A stretch of 26,119 nt of DNA from contig CAXIUT010000165.1 in NCBI GenBank assembly GCA_964035545.1, positions 1-26,119 of the forward strand. The letters are read 5' to 3'. The number at the start of each line of letters is the position of its first letter. Position 1 is the stretch's first letter. Both the position numbers and the translations under genes were made by a program. The stretch is from Bugula neritina. Its lineage: Eukaryota > Animalia > Bryozoa. Below the pieces are notes generated by a model, which worked only from the letters and a program-made list of their open reading frames with translations, was not told the DNA's origin and did no database searches. Positions 12,595-23,256 of this stretch are shown here, in pieces.

Positions 12595-13274
12595 TAGGCT
12601 TTTTGGGTTGGTATCTCAAGAATATAGATAAGTCTGACCGCGCAGTCGATGTAGGCTGTTTTGTTAGCGATCAAGCTATTAATGAGATAGTTGATGTAGT
12701 CGTTTTGAAGGTAGACAATTAAAAAATATTTAAATACCTCAACCTAAGGCTATTTTATCTTAATTATCTTCTCAAAACGATTTATTCCAATATGCTTTTT
12801 CAACAATGTTTATAAATTGCTTTTCCAATACTTGATTAAATCAGAATAGGTTATTTTTAACTCACTACAATAAGAGGATATTTCTTATTGGTATTCTGAG
12901 GCAAGTATCTTTCTGAAGCAGTGTTTTATGATGTAATCAGCTGTATTATTTGATATTTTTCTTTAATTAATTGCACTTCTTTCCTAACTTTCCTTGGAGT
13001 TTACTTCTTGATTAAGTTGAAGTGAGTCTTCAGGGATGAACGAGTCAGATTAATGAGACTGACTGTTAGGAAAGAAGTTTATTTCTGTGAATGACATGCC
13101 AGAATCTTTTGACTAGTCTGGGTTATTCACAGATTTTACCTCTGGTATGGGTGATGTGGAGAACTCTTCGATGCAGGCAAAGAGATCATTTGGGTGTTGA
13201 TAAGACATTTCTTTTAGGTTTGGACTCTATACTGATCTAGAGTCTTTCTCGTTGAAAATGTCTTACCCCTACAT
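12595..13274 (-). CDS. Uncharacterised family protein, paralog 2, 3'-truncated at the telomere junction
   Basis: ATG 13274; the frame stays open through VFKYFLIVYLQNDYINYLINSLIANKTAYIDCAVRLIYILEIPTQKAY into the repeat array with no TGA. Confidence 0.7.
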
Positions 13275-13489
13275 AATTCTTTTATATCTTTAAAGTTGAT
13301 AATTTGAATAAAAGAATTAACTTTTAGTGTTTATCATTTACTCAATTCTGAGATAATTAGACTGATTTAAATGCTTAAGACTACTTGGGAGAAAATAACT
13401 ATGATTTTTTTTAGTCTTAGCTTTTCTGATGATTTTAAACTATTAATTTATCTCATATTAAGTATGGATATATTAATTATCAAGTATTG

Positions 13490-14113
13490 ATGGATAACTT
13501 TGAATAAAGTGGTGATTCATACAACTTCTTCAATGAAGTTAAACTTTCCAGTTAGGAATGGAGCTCTGTGCACCTCAATCATGCTAGAGATCTTGATGCT
13601 TAGGCCTTTCAAGAACCAATACTGAACTTTGAATTATTTTCTCAATAGGCTGAAAGTTCAAAAAATGAAGATTCAAGCTAAAGAAAGCCCTTAAGTGAAG
13701 AAACAGAAGGTCATCAGGAAAGAAAAAGGATTGACTATGAAAAAAACATCTGTGCCTACATTTCAAAAAAGATAGTTCAGCTATTTCTTGATTCCAAGTT
13801 TGAAAAGATGGTGAGAAAGTTCTGCAGGATAGCTGAATGTGACTATGAAGAAGCTATTAATTACTACAAAGATAGACTAAAAGAAGTGTTCGGAATGGCC
13901 CATTTAAATTTATTGCTGACTCCTCAAAGCAAAGAAGAAGTGCCTTTGAAGAAGATGTTCTGTGGATTTGTTCATTGGTTCCTCAGAAATAGATACATGT
14001 TCTATCTTTTGAAGTTCGGAAAGATGGATTAAAAGGAAACCTACATCCAATTCAAGAATAGATTTATTCTCTATATTGGATAAGCTTAGAAGAAATTCGA
14101 ACTTTTCTATTGA
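13490..14113 (+). CDS. Uncharacterised family protein, paralog 3 (207 aa)
   Basis: ATG 13490 to TGA 14111-14113. RKRIDYEKNICAYI...KKMFCGFVHWFLRNRYMFYLLKFGKMDEKETYIQFKNRFILYI. Confidence 0.8.
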
Positions 14114-14214
14114 ACAATCTGTTCATGGAAACATATTGAGTTCCTTAAATAGGTTCTTGATTATTTTTATTTAATTTAATTCATCTTGCTTTTAATATTT
14201 AAGATCATTTAAAT

Positions 14215-15233
14215 ATGTTCAGACTTCAACGTTTAGCTAAGATCACAGGAATGGCTTCAGCCTTTTATATAAGCAAAAGTTTATGCTCTACTACAGACTC
14301 AAATTATCCTTTTGTTTAAACTGTTCAATATAGAGCTAATAATCCTATTGAAGATAGATATAGCTATTCTAAGTTGAGTTCTATTAATGGATTTACTATG
14401 AGTGTTTTTGATGGTCATGGTGGTGACTTAGTGGTATATTTAATATAATTTAGTCTGAATATGCCTCTAAAAATTTGAATAAATGTATTGATGATCGACT
14501 CAATAGTAACAAATCATTGGGTCTTTCTAATTAAAAAATGATAGAAAAGAGCTTAACTGAAGCATACAAAGATGTTTAAGATGGTTTTTTTGCAATATTT
14601 AAATAAAATTTAGATAAAAGAGCATATAAGACAGTTGGTTCTTGTGCTCTTACTGCAGTAATATTGAAGAATAGTTTGCATATTGCTAATGCTGGTGATT
14701 GTGAAGGAGTTCTTCTCTCAAACAAATAAGCAGCCATGACTAATTTACGCTTAAATGCTGGAGAACCATTCTAACAAGCTCGATTAATCAAATAATTTCC
14801 TGGATAGCCAGATATTTATGTGTGCAAAGCTGCTTGTTATGTGAAGGGAAGACTTCAGCCTACTCGTTCTTTTGGAGATTTTTATTTAAAGTTTAAATAG
14901 TATAATTTTACAAGACTTAAAGTGTTCACAGGACCGTATATTTCAGCTGTTCCTATAATTACTCATTTTGGTTTGAATGATGATCATAAAAACTTGATTT
15001 TAGCTTCAGATGGATTGTGGGATTAAATGGATTGTAAGGTAATTCATGAGAGATTTCTTGATGGTCGTTAAAAGCTAGGAAAAAAGGTTTTCGATAAAGC
15101 TATAGAGCTGATATTACGAAACAATAAATTCAAAGATTTTTAAACTTTGGATAAGATAGATAACCGAAGAGATCTTCATGACGATATAACAATAGTGAAC
15201 GTTCGTTTAGATGATTTGAGGAGAGAGTTGTGA
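14215..15233 (+). CDS. PP2C-family phosphatase, pyruvate dehydrogenase phosphatase-like, probably mitochondrial
   Basis: ANNPIEDR, VFDGHGG, GSCA, IANAGDC, VKGRLQPTRSFGD, LILASDGLWD and HDDITI. 20-nt intron at 14434-14453. The N-terminus MFRLQRLAK resembles a transit peptide. Confidence 0.9.
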
Positions 15234-15480
15234 TGATAATTAATGTTGTTAGTTATATTTTGAATTAATAAGAGAAATTGATAAGTTATAAGTTGAAATA
15301 TTAACATAGTTTTATTTGAATTTATGTGAAGGGTTTGAGATGAAAAATTGAAAATAAAAATATAACTGAATTTGCAAAAGGATTGAAAGGTTGAGGTGAA
15401 GAAGAGGGCAGATTGAGTAGCTTAGTTCTAAATAAAAATTCATCACAAGAGATAATATTTTAATTTTCATTATTTAACCA

Positions 15481-16128
15481 ATGAGTTCTGCCTTAAACTA
15501 AAATAAAAGGTTGGTGACTAACCTCATCATAATTCCAGCTCCTATCTTCAAGCCTCCATAATAGAATATGCCTTCTCCTATCACCAAAAGAGAGGAAAGT
15601 CCTCAGTCTGAGGAATAACAACCTGTAGAAGAAAACTTAGATAATCCAACGATTGTGCCCAATTTGAACAGAAAGAGATATCCCAAAGACGATTATCAAA
15701 AAAACATAACTATCAATGTTGTTAAGTGCTGTATAAGGGAAATGCAAGGTACTAAGTACAGACGTTTGCTTAAAAAACGTTGTGATAAGAGTGGAATAAC
15801 TCTTGAGTCTCTTCTGAATATGGTGAGCCCTGTTCTTAAAGAAGTGGTGATCAGTTTGGGCGACCTCAAGAAGATGTTGACGAGTGGGTAGGAGGGAGAG
15901 ATGAAGTTGAAACGAGTATTTTCATGGTTTTTGTAGTGGTATTTAAGGAATCGATACATGTACTATCTTTTGAATGAAGGGAAGATGAATCATAAGGAGA
16001 GATATGTGGACTATAAAAATAAGTATATGCTATATTTGTTAAAGCTAGTGAGAGAGAATCGAGATATATTTTCACCCATAAGAGAAAATAACGATGCCAG
16101 TTAGCTTCCCTGCAAATCTGAATAATGA
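15481..16128 (+). CDS. Uncharacterised family protein, paralog 4 (215 aa)
   Basis: ATG 15481 to TGA 16126-16128. RKRYPKDDYQKNITINVV...KRVFSWFLEWYLRNRYMYYLLNEGKMNHKERYVDYKNKYMLYL. Confidence 0.8.
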
Positions 16129-16331
16129 TTTTTATGGAATCTCATAATAATCTCTTATCAAACTTATCTCAATTATTAACTAATCAACATATATTCCATC
16201 AAATAGCTCATCGCTGACTCAGCTTTTAAAATATTGAATTTTATTATTTAAAACTATTATCGATTGAAATCATTAAGCTTTTTTAACTTATAAGTTATAA
16301 ATCTAAATAATAGGAGATATAAATGAGGATA

Positions 16332-17350
16332 TCATTTGACTTGCCAGGTAGTTGAGTTTAATATGCTGATGTTGGTACCTGAATTGTATTCGCATTCACT
16401 CCAGTAATCGCTGACTTGAATTCCTTCGTTTGAAAGCAAATAGGGCATACAACCTAGAAGCACATTTGAGTAGTATGTTGATAGAAGTTTTCCTGATAGT
16501 ATCTTATCATGAGTATGTTCAGGAGCTTTAGCCAGAATTTAACTCATGGCTACTCTTGCTTTTTAAGTTTAGCTTAACACTTATTATTATGGTATTTATT
16601 AATAGTTCAGATATTTAGGAGGAGATCCTAGTATTTGAGTGGCCATGTCATCAGCAAATTAATTAACAATATCTTGTGCTTATTCAGTTTCAGGTTAGGG
16701 ATCTACTGATAGTTAAACGATGCAGGCTTGGATTCCAACTCCATCGGTATATGGACGATGGACGTATGTTCCATATCGAGCTGAATAGTCCGAAATATAC
16801 AATAATCTGAATGGAAAGTGATGGCTCTTCTGATTCTGATATTCTATTGTAGTCTTGATATGACTAATTTCATCTATTAGTTCATATTTTTAGCTGTTGA
16901 ATCTTATTGAAAGATATTGACTGGTTCTGTTTATTAAAGTAGCTATGTAAATAGAGATTTAGTTTATTATGGTTCTTTGTTTTATATTTAGACTGGTTCT
17001 TATTTTTATAGTAGACGAGATCCTACTCCTTATACGAATTTTAGAAATAGATCATTTTTTGCTACAAAATCAGTCTAACAGTTGACTTCGAGCATGATTG
17101 CTTTAGTTTTACAGGGAGTGACGAAAGAGGCAATAACACCTTATCTTGTTTATTTTTATGCTCTTTTTTAAGCAGTTGTTAATCCTTTTTATTTGAGCCA
17201 TTTAATGGCTAAATCATGGTTACATTATGTTTCTTATAAAGCTTTTTTGCATTATCCCATTGGAGCACTAGTCTATTCTCTTAGCTTTTTAAGAGCATCA
17301 ATAGGTACTTTAATAGTCGAAAACCATCTTTTAGCTATGTTGAGGAGCAT
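16332..17350 (-). CDS. TSFM: Mitochondrial translation elongation factor Ts
   Basis: LKKLREETSAPMGECKKAL...AIKWLKEKG, the signature EVNCETDFVAKN, ENIRIRR and YGTYVH. 20-nt intron at 16781-16800. Transit-peptide-like MLLNIAKRWFS. Confidence 0.92.
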
Positions 17351-17423
17351 TATTATTAAAATTAATCATGGTAGTTAAATAATAAATGAATAATTATACA
17401 AACTAATTAATATCATACATTTT

Positions 17424-18484
17424 TCATATTTTTCTTTTCTTTTTAGGTTATCCTAAAGACTGATCTTCTATATTATCGAAAAGACAGAGTTATTACTTGA
17501 ATTGGCATCTTTATACAAAGAGTATAAAGTTAGCTACTTGCTAGGGAGTGAGGACTTACCTGATCTAGTTGAAAGCGTTATCAAGTTTTTGTCCTTTTTT
17601 CTAAATTTAGCTTCTAAAAGTTACTAAATTTTAAGCTGATTATTGAAAGTGATGACAATGATTGGATACATTTTATCCAATAATTGACAAATCTTGATTA
17701 TTTTACTTTGCTGAATTGATGACATCGTTGACTATCGGTTCTATTTCTCTGCACCATTTTTATTATTAGTTGTTGTTATTTTATTTGAAGATATGTTTCT
17801 TTTTTTGTGCTGACCATAAGATATATCTATAGAGTGCTGGTTGTGAAAAGTTGAGTAGATCAAAGTACAACTTATTCAAGGTAGTTTTTCTTTATTTTCC
17901 TAGTGCTCCTATTCGATAGATGATAGAATCTAGACTGATATTGATTTAATTATTTTTATTTTATGAGTTATCGTCATCTTCTATCAACTTTTATAACTTT
18001 TTCATGATATGTAGTTGTTTATTGGTTTATTTATTCTTCATAAATATACAATTACTTGTGACCTTTGATGCATTTATGCACTGAATATTTCCTGTCTGAC
18101 TGTTTAGATATCGATTTTGGTTTATTCTACTTCTGTATTCAAATTTTATATTTTAGTTTATAGTAATTTAATATATAGATTTTGTCGATCTCTGCATATT
18201 TGCTGTGCTATTTTGTTTCTTTATTTTTTATCACTGGTAAGAGACGAAGTAGCCGATGGGCCGTAGTAGGTTTGTTAGAATGTTTTGTCCTAGCTGATGG
18301 AGCAATCGTGTAGTGTTTTTATTTTATTTATGTATTTATATTTTTATATTTTTCTTTTTTATTATGGTTGTTGTTCTAGTTGATTTTTATGGGGGGATTG
18401 CTTTTGAATTAGCGATGATTCTTATGGAGAGAGGTTTCTTTTAGTTTGTTATATGTTGTCGAATAGTTTGAATTTATGGGTCAT
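17424..18484 (-). CDS. bZIP-like transcription factor with a C-terminal PKKKRKI nuclear localisation signal
   Basis: Basic region and zipper KKERNKIAQQICRDRQNLYIKLLETKIENLNTEVE; later IREVLTPEQVANFILFVE; ends EPKKKRKI-TGA. 20-nt intron at 18036-18055. 346 aa. Confidence 0.72.
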
Positions 18485-18752
18485 GAATGTTGATATTTAT
18501 TATGGTCAACGATCAAAATTATCTATTTGATATTTAATCTCTTTGTATTTCTAGAATTATATATTTATATGTATTTATATGTTTAATCAATAACAAGTAA
18601 CTTTGAATATTAAATAAATTTTCAAGAATAATATAGATTTAGAAATAAATGATATCTACTAAGTGAGTAGATATTTATTCTCTTTTAATAAATACAAAAA
18701 CAAGCTATGATAATGTATTTTCTTGATAGATAGTATTTAAAACTCATTAAAA

Positions 18753-20063
18753 TCAAAAAGTCATGGAATCTGTCATATTACTTCTACTTAGATCTTTAGC
18801 TAAAAACCTACATCCACCTCTTCTATGTTGATCTATAACTGGTTTTACCTTTTTACCCATGTAATATTCCATCTGACTACTTCTTCCATGAGGATCAATC
18901 TACACAAATACCCCATTTTTTCTACCTTTCTACCAAATACCTTCAGCACTAGACCCATCCAAATAAACAATCACTCCTGATCCCTGGTATTTTCCATTAA
19001 AGAATTACCCTTAATAAACTTATCCATTGCTAAATGTCAATTTACCTTTTCCTGCCATCTGATTATGCTACCAATTCCCTTGGTACTACTTTTAATCTTT
19101 CCAATAGTAGTATCCTTACCCATGTATTTCATTTGAATTAAATTATCCTTTGTAGAAACTACCGTCATTGAAATATATCTATCCGTAGCCGTGTTTTTTA
19201 CTTTGGTACCATTATCCTTCATATTTTTACTAATCTGGCCATTCGATGATCCCATGCCCTTCGTATTAATTATTTTTCCATTATCCTTCGTATTTTGAAC
19301 CATTTACATATTTGAATACTCCTTTTCCATTGGCTTTATTCTTTTAGAACTATCCTTAGTAGACAGCTCCATCTGAGTAGACTAGTTTGCCTTGTCCTTG
19401 GCTATAATTATTAACCCATTTTCCTGAATATTTACTTCCATCTTGCCATTTGATGGTTCCCTGTCCATGTCTTTTGCCTTGCAGCCATTCTCCCTAGTAA
19501 GAAGACATATTAACAAATTTGATTTAATTTAATCTCATGGCAGTAGTCGATGCCATGGTTATCAGAATCAATTTATTATCAATCTATGTTAATCCTTTAT
19601 CAATCATAGTTTATGTTTATTATCCGATTGATCTATTGTGAGGAGTTTATATAAAAGTCTAATTGACAGATGATGTGTCTTATTCTTAACTATCTGATGA
19701 ACTGTTTGAATTCTACTCAGATGCTTGTTAATTGATAAGTATATTTTATTTTATGGTTACGTGTTTGCTTTTTTGGAGTTATGTTTGTTTTGGTTGTTTC
19801 AGAGTTGATTTATATTTTGATTTGTTTTTATCGTGTTTTGGTTTATCGCTTAAATTGGACCCTTCGCTTGTACTTTATGGTTTGTTTTAGGTTTGTTTTT
19901 TATCTATTTAGATTTGGAATGAAAATTCTTCTGATTCTTTGTTTTGTACATAGGTAGGGTATTTTAATTATTTGACTATTTCTGATCTTATGTTGTTGTT
20001 TGGTGATGTGATCTATAGTTATTTTTATTTATTAGCTGAGTTGGCTGCGATACAAGCACCCAT
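18753..20063 (-). CDS. MORN-repeat protein with an N-terminal MGAC acylation motif
   Basis: Intronless, 436 aa. Tandem repeats such as YEGEWLQGKRHGQG, YSGKWVNNYSQGQG, YEGEFEKNKANGKG and YEGEWKNNEYEGHG. Gly2/Cys4 suggest myristoylation and palmitoylation. Confidence 0.9.
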
Positions 20064-20344
20064 TCTACTTATTCTCTAATTAATGTAAACATTCTATTTT
20101 ATATACTTGTCAAATAACAGAAATAGTTAAAAAAAACAACTAACTAGATTACATCTCCCTCTTCTTCTATATTTATCTATTTATTTGAATGTTGTTTTAT
20201 TTTATTTTTAAAAAATATTTTGAAAATATTCTTCTATTCGATTAAAAGATTATTTGAAATTGAAATTTGTTATCGTTAATACTTTTTATCTAATTACATA
20301 TATTTGAATTGATAAATGTTAAATTCAATATTAATAATAAAAAT

Positions 20345-20440
20345 GGGGTTGGGGTTGGGGTTGGGGTTGGGGTTGGGGTTGGGGTTGGGGTTGGGGGTTG
20401 GGGTTGGGGTTGGGGTTGGGGTTGGGGGTTGGGGTTGGGT
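20345..20440 (+). repeat. Internal (TTGGGG)n array: right telomere of segment B
   Basis: About 16 G4T2 units with G5 variants at 20393-20397 and 20424-20428. AT-rich subtelomere on the left, coding sequence directly on the right. Confidence 0.95.
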
Positions 20441-21452
20441 AGACGAGAAGCTACTCTAATTCTACACTCATATTCATGAACATTAGTATCTGATATGTCC
20501 GATTAGCATTTCATAATAAAATAAAAACAATAAGATATTGGTTAGGAAATGGGGTGATCAACTTGCTTCTCTCTCTAAAGCTCAAATCTAGTCCTATGTT
20601 GATTAAATTTGGATTAATAATATTGTAAAAACATATGCAGGAATGGCTTAGAAGTTGCCTGTTATTGGAATATCAGATATATATATTTAAAATAACGAGT
20701 TTCCTCTAGTAATAGTTACTAGGTGTTGTTAAAGAGAAGAGTATTTGGATAATTTCAAAACAATAATTAAGAGTATGTTTGGACATATCAACAAAATAGC
20801 AGAAAAAGGAGAGAAAGTAACTAAAATATAGGATATATAGTAATGGAGCAAGGAATATCTTCCTCAGCAATCAGCTAAATCAATATCTAAGTTGATATAA
20901 CTTAAAAATACTCTTCCCAAAGTAAATAAAATAACTTATAAAATATAAATATCACAAGAGTAAAAGTAATGGATTTTATCTTTTACTGGTCATAGTGCTA
21001 CAAGTAAGTTATAGATGGTGTATAATGGTTAAAAACATAATTACTAACCTGGTCCTTTACTGCAGGTAGCCAACAAAAGTCAGCTCTTATTTATAATGCA
21101 GACAACTAGAGGTAAAAAAGTTGTTTTTTGGATGTCGATTAAACCATAGATAAACCCATCAAATCTATTTGGAACATACTATATCGATAAAAGCAAGAAA
21201 TCAGTTCTTTTGGGCTTAGAAAAGCGTTCTGTGCATGTATTATAAAATGAGGCGAATTGTGTGGGATTCGGAAAGGAGATACTATTGGCAATAGGTAAAT
21301 TAGATATCGTGTTATCTGCTTTTAATGTTGAGAATGTTAGTTATTTTCCTTGTAGTTATGGGATCGATGAAGAGAAGGGAGTAAAGGGATGTGAGGATTT
21401 TTTGGGAAGACAGTTTGTTTTAAAACAATTGTAGGTGTATAAAATAAATTGA
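20439..21452 (+). CDS. TLDc-domain protein, apparently 5'-truncated at the telomere junction
   Basis: The frame is open from the junction to TGA 21450-21452, with the first in-frame ATG only at 20643. The C-terminal LEMVYNG...LLFIMQTTRGK...CVGFG...QFVLKQLEVYKIN fits a TLDc domain. Confidence 0.65.
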
Positions 21453-21466
21453 TAGTATTATAGCAA

Positions 21467-23166
21467 TCATGATTCTAGTTAATCTGATTATTCTTCTTAT
21501 TATTAGTTGTATTAATCTTAGTTTTCTAGGTATTGGATTGGAAGCGGGTTGTAGTCATAGGAAGATTCTGATGAGGAAGATGGAACTAATTCTAGTTAAT
21601 TAGACTATTCTATCAGATTTATCATTGATTGTTATGGCTAGCTATGAATTTCTTGGCTGTAGAGTTCGATTTAATTACTACTGCAATCAATAGCTTAGTT
21701 TTATTCTTGATCAATATCTATTTAATTTTATGATTGCCAGATGATAATTTTATTACTGACTGTGACCATCCGCGAGTGATGGATATCGAAGGCACTGCAG
21801 TCAGGCCAACTGGTATGCTGTGTAATTGATTCTTATTGCAGAATGGCTGTGAGTTTTTAGTTGAAGATGAAAAGCCAACTATTTAAAAAATAAGTTTATA
21901 TTTTATACATTCTAATATTCGATGGAGACACTAAGGTGACAATCGGTTGTAGATTTTACGGGTTGAGAAGATATATATGCTATCTATTGGATACGACAAG
22001 AGTAGATTCTAGTTGGTTGAGATGGATGTCCATGAAGCTGTGTTATCCTTGGAATTTTTATAGCATAGTTTATTATTTTTGGTTGAATTTACATACAACA
22101 GGCTGAGTGGCACTTATCGAATACATCATCTAGTTACTATCAAATACTATATTTCTAGTATTGCTATAAGGTCTGATTATTCTATCTATATTGCCACTAG
22201 CATCAACGACTGATATGCAAGTAGTTAGTCCACCAACAAATAACATATTTTATTAATTCCATTTGCAAAATAACAATTTCCCTTAGGTTATAATTTTGCT
22301 TTATACTTGTATTTTAGGAAATAAGGTGGGCACTTTCAAGATGGCTAGTCTGTGATAAGAGACAACAGCGATGAGAGTTCCTTTTTTGTTCCAACTCAAA
22401 TCTTGAACGGATCCAAAGTTGGGAAGATGTATGCTGCTATTCATTTTGACATTTTTAGCAATGATGTTCCAGATGGTAGCATTTGCTTATTTTCTAAGTT
22501 AGCAGACCAGACAGATGAGGTTGCCTTTGCTGTTGAATTTTATAAAACTGGCATTGCCAAGATTGTTAATTTTACTAGACTATGCTGTCTATTGTTTGAA
22601 GGGATGTTAATTTATATTTTTATGATAGGATTTGTTGAAATAGTTATTGAGGAGACGGGTGGTGTTGGTTCTGAATTATTTGGATTAGTAGTTGCATAGT
22701 TCTATGACTTTGTTTTATAGGTTTTTTATTTATTTTTATGGGATTTTGTTATTTGTGCCTATGATCGATAGCAGGTGTAGTTGCTTTTATTGGTTATTTT
22801 GGAAATGATCGGTATATGATATAGCTTTTTCGTATTATTGTTATTCTAGATATTTGAAAATGGATAGTTATATGAGGTTATTGATGATTTATTATTTTAT
22901 TTATTTGTTTATTCTATTGCTAAGGAGTTATGGAATTGATTAATAGTTTTTTTGGTTGATTAGTGTTTTTATTTTCATCTAGAATTGTTGTGAATCTAAT
23001 ATTTAGGATTCTTTCTGTAGTTACTATACTGATAAATTAAATCCCATTGAATCCAGGGCTTGATATATTAACTTTATTATTCTAGTTTTGTTGTCTTTAT
23101 CTTATAGAAGTGTTTGGACTTTATAATATAGATTATACTTTATTTTGAGGAGGGTTGTGAGTCCAT
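21467..23166 (-). CDS. LisH/CTLH plus WD40 protein, WDR26/GID7-like, with an acidic tail
   Basis: ATG 23166, 20-nt intron at 23119-23138, continuous frame to TGA 21469-21467. RIIKLIYQALDSMGFNLSVEELQKES (LisH-like), IFKYLEEQEYEKAI, and divergent WD-like strands (FIKFNSKGNLI, VQDLSWNKKGTLIAV). Confidence 0.65.
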
Positions 23167-23256
23167 GATTTACATAATATACAAAGTTTATTATTATTAT
23201 AATCACTTTAAATAAGTTTGTTTGTATATGTTATTATTTAAAATAATATATGAAGA

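Noticed and set aside
12519-12722. ORF beginning MGLGLGLGL
   Set aside because: It is the translated telomere repeat plus the antisense strand of paralog 2.
20321-20344. TTGAA/TTCAA near ends as a Euplotes-type chromosome breakage signal (AATTCAATAT also at about 12469)
   Set aside because: Distance to the telomere is inconsistent (about 16, 44 and 5 bp, and none close to the left end), and the motif is common in other AT-rich spacers. I saw no Tetrahymena 15-bp Cbs.
12519-20440. Segment B as a telomere-bearing transposon (TBE/Tel-like)
   Set aside because: The flanking arrays are direct rather than inverted, there is no transposase or target duplication, and the content is ordinary housekeeping genes.
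21879-21908. Possible 30-nt GT-AG intron in the WDR26-like gene
   Set aside because: It is 3n, has no stop and is off the 20-nt mode, so it is not needed for the frame. Unresolved without RNA data.
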